From Lama glama (Eukaryota), in NCBI GenBank assembly GCA_028534125.1, contig CM052816.1:45696001-45760000 (forward strand): a DNA stretch of 64,000 nt, given 5' to 3'. Each line of letters opens with the position of its first letter. Position 1 is the stretch's first letter. Positions 50,816 to 64,000 of this stretch are shown piece by piece. Position numbers and translations under genes: made by a program. Under the pieces are notes generated by a model, which did no database searches, was not told where the DNA came from, and saw nothing but the letters and a program-made list of their open reading frames with translations.

Positions 50816-53529
50816 GTCTTTTTTTAATCACAGTTGGGATTCATCTGAGTTTAGATGGCCTAGAGGCAAGCTAGGTCTTTTCAGGAATAATTCTGATTGA
50901 AGTCTCTTCTGTCCCCTGGAAACCTCCTGGCATAGAAGGCTCCTCAGGCTAGACCTGCTTCAGTGTGATAGGAAAAGGCTTATTTCTGGGCATTAACTTT
51001 TTGGACTGTGCTATAATATTGGGCAAATACAAGGTTGCATTGTGGATATATTCTACCTCTATGTGAAATCTTCTTTGATATTTAAATATTCACATCTGTT
51101 AGCATTTACATATTCAAATTAGTTGTATTATGAGTATGCAATGCATTGTGAGTATGTGAGATATAAATATATAATCTAATTTTGTACTGAGGTAAAATGT
51201 TTCTTGGCACTACTGATAGAACTTAAGTATCCATGTGATAATAGGTAGCTATATGAGTTTAGGTACAGTGCATTCTTCTTTTGTATGTAGGTCAGATTCT
51301 TAAATGAATAAGTGGGGCAAAAATTGCACAGAATCAAAATAACACTAAAATTCCCTTAAGTTGTTACATGGGAGACTGGCATAACCTATTGTTTCAGTGA
51401 GCCCCAAATATCCACATTTTTCCACCCAGAGTTTAAAAAATTGCTCTTTAGTTGAGAAACAGATGACTGACTAACTTTTGTTTACAGGACACACTAACCT
51501 GAAAGTACATACTATTAACCCCCAGAATCATACACAGCATGATGGGTACTCAGGCTATGAATTGTGATGACAGAGGGGACATGTAGTCACATCTCCCATT
51601 TCTAGCACCCTAACCTACCCTGTGTACTCATTGAGTGAGAGAATGAGGAAAATCACCTGCCCTCTTTAATTTTTAAGTTGTTGAGTGCATTTAAGTAATT
51701 TTGTATGAGTTGAATGATCTTAGGCTGCAACTCCATTGAACATCTGATCATTTATGTGTAGAATAGATGTTGGATATTGTGATCATTTTTGTATAATTAA
51801 ATGCCCTTTGTTGCTTAACTTGTGTTCAGAACACTTCTAACATCTGAAACAACTTTTCATCATTAGCAATGAGTCTTGAAGATGAGACATAAAATTTAGA
51901 TTCTCTCGGAAATTAAAAATTACATCATTTTTATTATTCACCATCCCATCAGGACCTTGGTCACATTAACAAAGGCATATGACATTGTACTCTGAAATTT
52001 TTTAGCTTCGTCAGCTTCAAAAAAGGAATAACTATTGAATTTACTTTCATTGCCCAATTTCTTCTGAAATGTTATAATTTACTGTTAAATAATGGTTATA
52101 TTTTGCCTCAGTTTTTCAAATATGTTTCAGTAAGTGTGTGAGACTCCTAAGGATGCAACGTTCTATACTAAGAAATTGCTAATACAAGGTGAGTTGTAAT
52201 GACCTAAGTAACTTTTTAGCCTGGTCAAATTTTCTTAAGATAAGTGGGTGTGAAGTTAAGCAGGGTCAAAGGTAATTAATGTTTTCTAGCAGTAAGGATG
52301 ATAAATACTTGCTTGTTAAGCCAATTACATCAAGACAAAACCTGAATATGAAGTAAGAGTGTACTGTAAGTAAGTTGCAAATAACATTCATGTGACAGAT
52401 CCACTAATTTGCCACTTGTTATTCCAGCAAGATTTGAAAAATTATATAGCTGAAGTTTCTGTAAGAAACACAGTTTACTGAAGAGCTGCCCCAAGAGAGA
52501 ACTTTAGACCTCAGCTCTGCCTGTTGATTTTTGCCGAGTAGTCACTCGGGGTCTATTTTGAAACAATCTATGATTGTTCACACCAAAGCAATAATTGGTA
52601 CTGAAAAATTAGAAACAAACATTCTGCTTCTTGGTAATATAATGCTGTTTGCTTAAGATCTGCAAATACTTGCTGCAGAGTATCAGTGGTATTGGCCTAA
52701 AATATGAATATAATAGGAAAATTTGTGGAAGAAATGACAGCATTCCCCGTTGAACTGAAATTTAATGAGGATGGTGGAGAGATATAATTGTGTGTTCTAC
52801 CTGACTCAACTTTTAATTTAACTGGAATTTGTAATATGTGTACTGAAATTTCGGGTACTTAACAAAATAAGTTACAATCTTGCTTCTCCCCATTTGGGGG
52901 CTTAAAAAAAGAACGAAAATTGGAAGAATAAAAATTTTACTACATGGTCCGTACTTTCACATCACACTCTTAGGAATTTTTAAGATGAGAAATTAAATTT
53001 ACTTGAAAGTTAGTTATGGTTTATTTAATAATATCCTTTCAACCTTTTTCTTTTATTGATGAAGTAATTGGAAAGTTCTGTGGAGGATGAGAAAGTATCT
53101 TAAGATTATAATTAGTTGTTTTAAGTCTGATTTTCTGTCTTAAATATTTTATTTATTCATATATATTTTTTTTTCGTACTATGTTACTTGTTTTTGGTGA
53201 CTAGGCTTAACTTTTCAATTAACTTGAGTTCCTTTTTTACTTGGAAATTGTTAGATATGCTCTGTGAAATACTGTAGTAAATTTCCCAGCATGAGTAGAC
53301 TAATTTTCAACAATGAACTTCCCAAACTGTCCTAAAATGGTGCATAGTATTGATAAAAACCAATCACATTTCTAGAGGAATAGATCTCTGTGTGGTGGAA
53401 GAAGCTCAGACAGTTCTGGCTTTCAAGTTAGAAACTCTCTCACAGATACCTTTTCTCTTCTGCTTCGTGATGATTCTCTCAAGCCCCTCCTTCGGAGTTT
53501 CCAGTGACATATTGAAGGTCACAACCTTA

Positions 53530-54510
53530 ACTAGAACCAGGTAGACCTAGGTTTAGGTCCTGACTCTATCCACTACTAATCATGAGACTCCTGTCAAGAT
53601 GTTCTACTGCTCTAGCTAAAACGTATGTTGATAATACAGAAGTGATGACAATAACTCTTACTTTACAGGGTGGTTTTGGAGATTACAGGGGCTAATGTTT
53701 CTAAAACACATAGCACAATGCTTGGCCCACATAGTAGAAGCATACTAATAATTCCTCCTAGAACTAAGAGCAAGGCTTCTCCTTGTCTCAGTTTCATCAG
53801 TTACCCAAACTTCTTCATCTGTATTCTGGTAAGAATCGATTCCACATCTCCCAGTTTGCAATGAAGGCAGAGAAAAATAAATCTTCCATACATTTTCCTT
53901 CCATTTCCCTCCTTAGTATCCTGTTCTTTATCTGAGTCCCAATTTTTCCTTGCCTAGTTGATAATGATGTTAAATAACTGAAACTATGATGATGCTGATA
54001 AGGGCAACTCAGAATTTTGAGCACTTATGTGCCAGGAACTATGTTAAGTATTTTGCCTGCATAATAATAGCTAATCCGCAAAGAATCTTGATATGAAAAA
54101 GATTAATATGCTTATTATATAAATGAAACATATTTAGCCCAGTGAATAAGCAATCTTTTAATACTTTTTATGAATAAACTAGCAGTATCAGGTACGACAT
54201 AATAATGAAATTGGAGGTGGGATTGTAATTCACATTTTTCAAGATCAGTCCCAGAAATTCATTCCTACATAACAATAACAGTATCAACAATTAACGTCAC
54301 TAGGTGCTTGTGGCAGGCATTGTATTAAAACTTCACATGTGTTATCTCTTAATTCCTATTCTTTTAAGTAAGTACTACTATGATTCCAGTTTCACATAGG
54401 AAGAAGCTGGGGGTAAGTACCTTGCCAAAATTTATAAAGTTGGTTTGTGGGGGAGCCAGGTTTTGACCCCAGATAATCTCATTCCACCCTTAAGTACTAC
54501 GCTGCCCTGT
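53530..54510. mobile_element. Cluster of MIR SINEs (+ at about 53530-53750, - at about 53990-54230 and 54290-54510)
   Basis: ACACATAGCACAATGCTTGGCCCACATAGTAG, TTGAGCACTTATGTGCCAGG and GGAGCCAGGTTTTGACCCCAG. Confidence 0.6.
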
Positions 54511-57500
54511 TCCCCAGTACGTGTGATGTTGTGTATATATGATGGATTGCACATGAGTTGTATATCTTCTTAGCACTAAGCAAAATTTAAACTGTCAGAA
54601 AAATCTTTTTGTTGTTTCATCTCTCTCCGCTTTTGCAATCACTGCCTTCTGTGATTAGTACAATTCCATCCTTTTCTCTGCCAAACTACACCTCTTTGAT
54701 TCTTCCTTGCACAATTTGAATCCTGGCTCCAGATCGTTTTTCTGGACTGACCAGGAAAAGAAAAATATGGTGTGTAATTCTTATTACCAATCTTCCATTG
54801 CTCAAATTTACTAACATAAACCTGTGTGTTTATATGATTTTTGCTTATTTTCTGTGCAGTATCAGTTGCATAGTTGCCTCTTTGTCTGCAGTACAATTTT
54901 CATAAATACTGAGTTCAACAGAGGGTAGGAAACAAGTTACATCTTTACGTCTCTCTGAAGTATATTGTATGCCGTAAGAGCTCAGTAAATGGTTTTTGAT
55001 GATTTTATAAACCTAATAGGAACATAAACAGAAATGGAAACTGCCTTTAATGATTTTAAACCTGTGTGGGCCATCTGCATATTGTCTGTGTACAATTCTG
55101 CATACTAAGTGTTAATTTTGAGATTCCCTTTTACTCTGGAGGCATAGTAGAAATGATTAGGTTGAGAATCACAACTCTGATAATTAGCTCAGAGATTCTG
55201 AATCAGAATGTGTGCTGCAAAAAAAGTGATTTTTTGGAGCATTTGGCCCTAAGGGGTTGGATAACCAGCTGTCTCAGATTTTACACCTACCAACATCTGG
55301 TTCGGTCAATAGGTACTAGGAAATGTAACAGAGCTGGAGGGAGTTCTTCTCCTAACTCTGTCTTGACCTCTGGAGAGTGGGACAAGGCCCTGATTTTCTT
55401 TTGGGAACAGTTGGAAAAACATAGAATTATTTATATTATGTAACATTTGCAAAGTGCTTCCCAAGCAATTTTTTTTAAAGCTCTTGCTTTCAACTCTATC
55501 TGAAGTGAATTTGTATGTTATTTCCATTTTATAGAGTTTAGTTAGGTGCAGAAAGATATAATTTCTTTGTTTTGGTACCCACGAGTTAACAGTAAGCCAG
55601 AACAAATAGTCATATAGTTTTAGGGGCCATTGAATTTTTTTCAGTTTCCATGTTATCTTATTTCAAAGACAAACAAAACAAAACAAAACAAAAAACAAAC
55701 CAAGAGGGGAGAATAGTGGAAAAGACAAACAGTAGAGTGAGCAAAGAAGAAAGATTTTAAAAGGGAGATGATTACTTACTTCTCAGTTTTTGAATCTCAA
55801 TGTATGTTGGTTCTGCAGTGGTTTAAAAATGTATTCATACTCTATGAAATATCTAAAGAAAACATTACTTCTTTATTTTACAACTTATATGAATTGCTCT
55901 TGCTCACTGGTATCTCCCCATCTGCCCCCAACTGTGCTATGTAGTGGAAGAAAAAAAAGCCAAACTATAACTTTAAAGTTGAAAGGTTTATGGCTCTTCC
56001 AGTTTAACTGATCTTTTGATTAGTCCACAGACGTCTTCTTTTTCCCAAATAGTACTTGGGTTTGGGAGAAGTACTGATGCTGTCAGGACACTGGAGTGTA
56101 AAAGGGGAGCCCTTGATCTTGTGCTGGTTTTGACTGCAGGGTAGCTGTGTGGGCCTTGGGTGAGGGTGGGCTGGTCTCTGCTGAAGTGTGGTTGATTGCT
56201 GGTGTACTGGGTGTCCTGGTCTCTTGCCGTAGTTCATAACTGGTGTATCTCCTGTGTGGGTTTTTTTTTTTTTTCTCTCTCATGGCCTGGTTTCCATACT
56301 TCCGAGGAGCCCATCTCCATTTCTCGTGGACCCCATCTTGGCTCCTACTGACTCTAGGAAAATCCTGGGAGAGTGGGGGATGCTGGGACTATCATTTGCT
56401 ATCTGCCTTTCCCTTGATATCTGCTTGTTCCCCACCGGATCTCAGCTACCTCTGCTTCCACCTTGGGGCACAGGGGAACTTCCAAGTCTCTTCTGTACTA
56501 CATAGGAGGGAAGAACAGCTTGAGAGTGTTAACTCAGGTTCTTTGTCTATTGCTGTTATTCTCCTTTGCTAATTCCTAAGTTGAAGGTAGTGGGGGAATT
56601 GCTCCAAAGCTGTATCTTCCTAGATTCCCAAATAAGAACTGGTGCAAAAATTTTTTTGCTGTTAGTATTCCTCCCAAATATCTAACACATCTCTCTTCCT
56701 TCCTGGACTTGAACTTAAAAGTGCTGAAGTCAGGACTTAAAAATCTCATTCGATTCTTGTATCTGCTTCTACTTTGTACAGTTTAACACCCGGTTCCCCA
56801 GTCACCTTGCTATTTGTGTTCTATTTGAGAGGATAACATTTTTATTAAGGAATCCACACATTGTTGGAAGCATTTGTCCTCTGTGTACCCATGTAAACAG
56901 TACAATCTTGCAGTTGTGCCCTTGGATTCTAACCTTGATCCTATGACTTTAAGCAAATTATTTAACCTAAAATAATAAATAATCTTATGTTCTTTTTCTC
57001 TAAAATGGGATAATAATTGTTTGTATGTTGTACAACTGTTGTGTGAAAATTAAAAATTTGCCAAGTTGGCTGTTCTTAACTTCTTTATTTGCATCTATAA
57101 TTAATTTGTTTCTGAACAGGAAGGTAGTAATTTTTAAAAACTTGTAATTAAAAAAATTTAACCTTATATATCCCTTGATGGACATCAGAAGATATTAGAG
57201 TTCTAGAACACACAATCTGATAATTATAACACACTGTCAGTGTCAAAAAGGAATTAATGGGAAATATGCTGTAAAAACTTTGATAGGTTCTATGTGTGCC
57301 TTACAATGGAATCTAAGTCCATATTTATTTGTGTTTAATCATACCATAACTATATATGTACACATATAATTAGTGTGTATGCATAAAGCACATATATATA
57401 CATATACATATAAAATGCATATAGCAAACAAACATACTCACATATGTATATGTAATTTAGAAAAGCTGATACAAGATGAAAATCCTAGCTCAGAAGTGCC

Positions 57501-59699
57501 CAAAGTTATGAGTCTGCTTTCCTAAATAAATGAAGCAAATGAGATACATACATAGATTTCTTTTTGGTAAGGCCATATATTTTTCTATGCCATTAAGGAG
57601 GCTTCTCCATACTTATTCTCAGAGTCAGCTCTGACTTGGAGGTTTGCCAAAATAAAGTCCCACTAGCCACAAAGAATCGTTGTACTTAGCTGATCTCTGT
57701 AATACTAGCTTTCGGAGACTTAATTCCCAAACGAAAAGATTTTGCTTAACCTTTTACAGATAGAATCACTTAATTTACGTAATGGAGAAGGAGAAATCTA
57801 AGAGAAAGACAGTTACAGCTAGACTGCTGTGATGATCTATATGATATTATACATAAACTTTTTCTTTTTTAATGTTAATATCTATCTCCACAAATCCCTG
57901 AAGATTATGCCTTGGTAAAAAATAATGGCGTGGAAGAAATATATTTTAAATATTTGTTACAGAATCCATAGTATACTTCTGAGTAGACCTATTTTCAACT
58001 TTAATGAAAATGATCTTAAAAATGAAAATATCACTAAGACACAAATACTTACTGGTATATCTTTGAAATGAAGCTTTTATCTTGTGCATTACTTTTAGAA
58101 TTATGTCTAATAATGATGTAAGAACTAAGAGGAAAACAATAAAAATAATCAAGATGCATTTTGAAAATGTTAAGCAAATTATACACACATTCTATTGTTA
58201 AGAAAAAAAAGAAGACACAGTCATGAACATCAAACTCAGTATTCCTGACATAAATCCTCTTGGATATACAGCAATTTTGTGTTATATTCTATTGTAGGGG
58301 ATTTGATTTCAGCTTGAAGACCTCTTTTATAGCAGTCTTCCAAAGATGGGTATTTCTGAGCTAGAAAAGAGCTTCATCTAATTTTGAAAGCATCATGAAA
58401 GACACAAAGACAACATGATGCCCAAAATGAATGACCAAGCTTTGAAAGCAGAGTTTCTTCTTGAAATTAAATTCAAAAGAAAGTTATATATTGGCTGCAT
58501 AATTTTTACCTGCAGGACTCCTTCAAGATTTCTTGCCTCCCTGAAAAAGCATAATTTTAAGATCATTTGAGATTAACAGTAAAAATAAATATTTACTAAG
58601 TGTCAGCAATGAAGGAGACATTGAAATCTAGTATGTCTTAATATTTAGTTAAAGAGAATTCTTTTTTATCACAGTAAGTTAGGCTTATTTCCTATTACTG
58701 AATGAGAAGTATAGTGGCCTCATGGGCTGAACTGGGAAAAAAGCCAGTTACACATATATGTACAACTAACTTTGAGGCATTTTATACATTTTCCAATCCT
58801 TCTTGGTTTCTTGTGGGCAGTTTCTTTTTTTGGTCACCCAAATTCTTCCTTGATAATTTCTAATCTAAAAGATACGGATTTCTTTTGCTTGTTTTCTCAA
58901 ACATTGCCCTAATTTTCAAGTTTGTGAAGTACTCAGCTTTGTAACAGGATAGATCTTTTGGTAAAGGTTCTTTTTTCCCTTTTTTAATCCTCCCTCCCTC
59001 CTTCTCTCCCTCTCTCTCTTCCTTCTTTCTCTCTTTCCTCATTCATTGCAGTTTTCTTCCTGTCTGGAATCTCCCCTCCGTATTAAAGGTAGTATAATCT
59101 ATGTTTTATTATTTGAACATTTGTAAGTTCTGCAATTCAAAATTTGTGAAAACAGTTGCAGCCTTTTTTTTCAAGTATTAAAAGCATATTGTATACCTAT
59201 AAAAAGTAAAATATGTTAAAATAATAACTTCCAACATTCTTTTGAGTACTTTCTAGAGCACTGACAAATAAAGTCCAAATATTGTTCTCCTCTGGAGTAG
59301 GGTGGATATTGTTTCCCTCAGATGCTTGAGACTTAGCTCAGAAAGCAGATAGGTCAAATTGCTACTGTGACTTTCTATAGTTTATATGTAGCAAAATCTG
59401 AGTCTTTTACCTTGATAATTTCTGAAACTATTATTCAGAAAAACTACATGGAGGATAAAAATTGAGTCAGTATGTTTTAGCAAATAATTTTATAGCTCAG
59501 TGTAGTTTTATAAATAGCCTCTGCACTAGTGATTCCAGTCAACTTTTCTCCTACACTTCTCCACGCCGACCTAGCCCCTTCATCTTTAATTTTAATAATA
59601 TATGTAGTTACATTGAAGAATTGTGGGCCTAGAAAAATCGTGAATTCAGTAAAGATTCTCCTTTATTCTACTTTCTATCAAACTTCTCCTGAAGAAGTG

Positions 59700-60135
59700 T
59701 TAATTTCCCAGGAAATTTGACTTTAAAACAGAGATAAAGCTTCAAAATAGAAGTATGACAGGACATGGGACATTTTGGAAATAGCTACTAGTGTGTCTTA
59801 AGTGTAGCGTATGGATGAAGGAGAGGAAGTTACAAAATCTGCCAACAACGTTATCATAAAAGACCTATTTTGTACCATGTTAAAGTGTTTGAATCGTCTT
59901 CTGGAAGCAGAAGAGCTGCTAGAAGATATTAAGTGGTGAGAGAGTGGGGGTCATGACACACTGGATTTGTATTTTAGGAAGGTGCTTCAGCTGCAGGTTA
60001 TGCATGTGGCAGGGAGCTCTCCTAGGAAGCTGTGGTAGTGATCTAGGTTAACAGTAATGATGAACTGATACAAGTTGTGGCTATGGGGAGGGAGAAGAAG
60101 GAAGCTACAGTAGAGGCCAGGTCTTCAAGGCTTGG
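59700..60135 (-). mobile_element. LINE-2 fragment
   Basis: CATGTTAAAGTGTTTGAATC...GGATTTGTATTTTAGGAAG...TAGGAAGCTGTGGTAGTGATCTAGG. Confidence 0.55.
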
Positions 60136-60281
60136 AGTTGTGGTCCAATACTTGGGGATTGAGAGCCCAATCCACTTTTGCTATTAGTAACATCTGCATT
60201 TCTAACTTGTTCCAGAAACCTAATCTCTATCTTGTGCTCCAATTCTGGTATTCTAGTGTTATTGTACATTCATTTATATAA

Positions 60282-60520
60282 GACATTTAGCTCAGTTAAT
60301 TAGAATATAGTGCTAAAGAAATAAAGGGGAGAATTTACTCTTCACAAGAATAAACTAGTTTTACACAGACCCAAACAGTTTTGTAGCCATAGACTAGAAT
60401 TCTAATTCTTAGAGGGCATTTAAAAGAAAACTAGCATTCTATGGGCTATAGACCATGTTAGGCAACAGTTTCCTGAGGGCTCTGTACAAACACATTACCA
60501 TCATGGAAATAAATGAAACA
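60282..60520 (+). mobile_element. Ancient tRNA-headed SINE, MamSINE1-like
   Basis: Decayed tRNA head TAGCTCAGTTAATTAGAATATAGTGCTAA, then GCCATAGACT and ACAAACACATTACCATCATGGAAA resembling the recalled MamSINE1 body. Confidence 0.45.
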
Positions 60521-61273
60521 AACTAAGTCAAACTATTCCCAAGTATTGGGGGCTGTGGGGAAGTCCATAGCACCAGTGTTCATTGCTCAAAACAACTTTG
60601 ACATACTCTTTGTATTTGTATACTTGTACTAGGAATTTTGCTGCAGAGGTCCACCCCAAAACAGATTTCTATGCAAGTTAAACTGAATTGGAAAAGGGAA
60701 GATAGTCAAAAGATATACATTCCTTAGACTTTCCCTAATTTCTTGAATTATTTGGTAGTCTAGAACTGTTCAGGGTATGAGGGAGTAAGAGACGTTGTAG
60801 GATCTAAGGACCTTAGCTGGGATTTACTGCAGAAGTTCTTGTCTGGCCTGCGTAGTACTGAAAAGAGCCTGCCTAAGGACTTTGCTAAACTGCCTTGGAG
60901 TTGACTTGGTTGCCTGATTGAGCGCACAGTGTCCCTAGGACAGGACTTCAACCTATTTAGTTAAACTTCTCTCTCAACTGTCTTCTGATCATGTCAGAAG
61001 TATTGTAGTAGCTTTCTGATAGAGAATGAAAAACCTCATCTGTTGTTTGCCTAACTCCTAGAAACAAGTGTTGAGGACAGACCTGGCAAAAATGACATCA
61101 GAATTGGTTGGCCAAGAAAAAATGGTAGCATTTGTTCATGTTTTTGGATATGGCGCATTGATCAAAGTGATGCCAAAGGAAGTAGAATTAGTGAAAGAGA
61201 AATCACAGTGTTGACAGAAGCAGAAAAAGAACTTTGGGGGAGCCTGAGGTCAAGAAAGCTTGTCTGTGATATT

Positions 61274-61630
61274 TGCTATAGAGTGAGTGAATATGTGTCT
61301 CCTTAGAATTGTTTGTGTTGAAACCTAATCTCCAATGTGATATTTGAAGGTGGGTCTTTGGGAGGTGATTAGGTTATGTGTGGGGAGCCCTCATGAATGG
61401 GATTAGTGCCCTTATAAATGAGACCCCAGAGAACTCTCTCCTTCCTTCTGCCATGTGAAGACAGTGGGAAGATCAGTCTATGGACCAGGAAATGGGCCCT
61501 CACCAAAGACTGAATCTGCTGGCACCTTGAGCTTAGACTTCCCAGCCTTCAGAACTGTGAGAAATTTTTGTTATTTATGAGCTACCTAGTCAAAGGTGTT
61601 TTGTTATGGCAGCCAAAACAGATGAAGACA
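61274..61630 (+). mobile_element. Solo MaLR LTR (MLT1A-like)
   Basis: TG...CA ends, GCCCTCATGAATGGGATTAGTGCCCTTATAA, GACTTCCCAGCCTTCAGAACTGTGAGAAA, TSD ATATT/CTATT. Confidence 0.88.
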
Positions 61631-62334
61631 CTATTGCAAGCAGTAGTTGAAATGATGAGCCAGCAAGGGGTATGGAAGGTGGTTGGAGTGCCTTTAACTG
61701 TCATATTAAGGTGTTGTCTTTTTGAGCAGTTGCAGGTAGTTAAGCATCGAAAGAGATCCTGCGAGCAGGAAAGGGAGGTAACCACACGGATTAGTATATT
61801 AGCTCTAATTACTCCAGGATTTTTTTTTCCACTACTATAAGCTTTGCTACATTTCAAAATCTAAACGTAAACATAGGAGCAGTGCTTATTGTTATGGTTT
61901 TGTTAGATTTATGAACTGTTCATAAAGTGCTTAGATCTAAGCTGGCTTTACTTATGTACAGAGTAGTAGGTAGAAGTAGGCTTTAAGCAAATAACTGGAA
62001 GTTGCAGAAAATATTGCAATATGTCAAGTGATTTAAGTTGTCAGAAAAGATCAGAGATTAGTTCAGTTACTGAGTTTTGTGCTTAGTTTTCTTTTTTTGC
62101 CAGATAATACTGAAAACAGAGGTTAGCTATTACTCTTACTTTAATTCTGTCTTCTTGATTGAAATTGACATTTTTATGTGGACCACAAAACATACAAAAT
62201 ATAGACATATTCTTCTCAAAAGATTTCCCAAATAAAATTCAGATCATACACCTCTCTGATGCTGGCAGTGGAGGATCTGTACTGATTTCTTATAGGATAT
62301 AGTTTTAGTAACATCTCTTCATGCTGCTGGAATA

Positions 62335-63330
62335 TATTTATTTAATAAATATTTTTGAAGAGTCTACTACATGCTAGATACTCTCTTGGTGGTCAGGATA
62401 CATTATTGAATAAAAAGATTAGAATCTCTGCCCTAGAATTTACATTTTTAGTAGGAGAAACCAGACAATAAATAGACAAATAGTGAGTAAATTATATTGT
62501 GTTAGGAAGTAATAAGTACTATGGATAAAAGAAAAAGTAGAACAAGGTCAGGAAGATGAGGTTATAATTTTAAATTCAGGCTAGTCTTCACTGAGATGAC
62601 ATTGGGGAAAAAACCTTGAAGAAGGTAAGGAATAAAAGCTATGAAGGTATGTGGGATAAGAATGTCCCAGAAAAAGAGAGTAGTCCATGCAAATGTGTAT
62701 TAGAGAAACAGCAGGGATCCAAGTGTTTCACTGTGTCCAGATAGCCTTGTCAGCATTCTGATGGGGGAGAAGTCAGAACTCTTTGCTTCAGTCAGTAAGT
62801 ACCTAGTAATGTCTGCTTAGCACTGAACATTTTGCTAGAATTTTAGGAAGATTAACGTACTTCCTGACCTCTCAGAGCTTACACTCTATTAGGGAAGGTA
62901 TACATTAAACACATAAAATCTTAGTTGTAACTGTGAAGAGTTTTCTCAAGTATAAGGATACCAAAGAATAGTAAAAAAGTAGAATTTAACTTAACCTGTC
63001 ACTCAACATTGATTGTCTTAAGGAAATGACTTTCTGGTGAGATGTGAAGAAAGAAGATAAGTGAGCGGGGCCAAGGAATGAGTGTCACTTCCAATGTAGA
63101 GGAATTAGCCTGTGCAGTAGGGACTGAAGCAGGAAGGAGGCCAGCAAGTTTATGAAATTAGAAAAAGATCAGTGTGTTTTGGGCATGGGAAATAAGATAG
63201 GTAACTTGAGTTGAGGCATACGGATACTTAGACCATATTAAAGAGTTTGGATTATATCCACCAGGCCAAATGAAGTCGTTGAATGAGTTGCATGGAGGTG
63301 TTGGCAATATAGAAATGAGAGCTAAGTGAG
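62335..63330 (-). mobile_element. Two successive LINE-2 3' fragments
   Basis: TATTTAATAAATATTTTTGAAGAGTCTACTACATGCTAGATACT (about 62338) and TCAGTAAGTACCTAGTAATG (about 62792) begin reverse-oriented L2 tails. Confidence 0.65.
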
Positions 63331-63539
63331 AATCAGCAGAACTGGGTTCTAGTGTGGGCTGTAGTACTAACTTGCTGTGTGAATTGAGTAAGTAAGTAAA
63401 CAAACAAACAAACAAACAAAAACCTGGGCCTCAATTATTTTATCTATTTATTTATATCCATATCTATGTCTATAGCTATATCATCTTCCATGTTCCTTTC
63501 CATATCTGTATCTATTTGTTAGATTACTTTGTGGGATAG

Positions 63540-63928
63540 TGTAATAGGTTGAATTGTATCCCCCAAAAAGGTATGTTGAAGTCATAACCCCCCTGTACCT
63601 CAGAATGTGATCTTGGTTTTGAGGCGAGGTCTTGGCAGATGTAACTGGTTAAGATGAGGTCATACTGGAGTATTGTGAGCCCTTAATCCAATATGACTGT
63701 TGTCCCTTTCAAGGAGGAGGAGATTTAGAGGCACACAGAAGGAAGACAGTCATGTGAAGATACTATCAGAGATTGGAGTAATGCTGCTACAGACCACGAA
63801 GTGCAGGGCTTACCAGTTTAATTTCATCTGCAAAGTTCCGGTTTCCAAATAAGGTTATATTCATAGGTACCAGAGACTGGGACTTGAACCTATCGTTTTT
63901 AGGGGAAACAGTTCAACCCATTATACCA
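63540..63928. mobile_element. MLT1-type LTR pieces (+ at about 63540-63815, - at about 63820-63928)
   Basis: TGTAATAGGTTGAATTGTATCCCCCAAAA...TAAGATGAGGTCATACTGGA..., then CATCTGCAAAG...TTTCCAAATAAGGT..ATTCATAGGTACC...CAGTTCAACCCAT in the opposite orientation. Confidence 0.75.
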
Positions 63929-64000
63929 CCTACTATACCTATTCTCTAAAGAACTGCCTGTACTAACAGTTTTGAATTTCTTACCATCCTATTTAATCCT

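Noticed and set aside
55667..63520. Simple repeats: (CAAAA)n near 55670, TA/CA-rich near 57350-57455, pyrimidine tract near 58970-59040, (AAAC)n near 63400
   Set aside because: Ordinary microsatellite and low-complexity sequence.
33600..64000. Exons of the expected neighbours ADGRV1, MBLAC2 or CETN3
   Set aside because: No translated segment matched what I recall of these proteins. Short exons could have been missed by eye.

Overview
Mammalian genomic DNA, very probably camelid (a tRNA-Ala-derived Vic-1-type SINE is present). The left contig (1-29040) holds the complete LYSMD3 gene on +: CpG-island promoter, non-coding exon 1, coding exons 13056-13310 and 17155-17820 (306 aa) and a long 3'UTR. 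Convergent with it on - are the last two coding exons of POLR3G (27542-27688, 24290-24376). LYSMD3 intron 1 contains an antisense, decayed processed copy of the KMT2B mRNA 3' end (SET/post-SET, 3'UTR, poly-A). LYSMD3 exon 1 carries a 21-codon uORF. A 500-N gap (29041-29540) is flanked by two young L1 fragments pointing toward each other. In the 34.5 kb after the gap I found no upstream POLR3G exons, no CpG island and no recognisable coding exons, only interspersed repeats and a few candidate non-coding exons, which suggests a scaffold misjoin or a rearrangement. I see no convincing new biological system. The best leads are the uORF, the KMT2B retrocopy, a ~100-bp orphan retro-insertion with a perfect TSD, and the POLR3G discontinuity. 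Repeat family names and gene identities come from recalled sequences, not a database search, and repeat boundaries are approximate.
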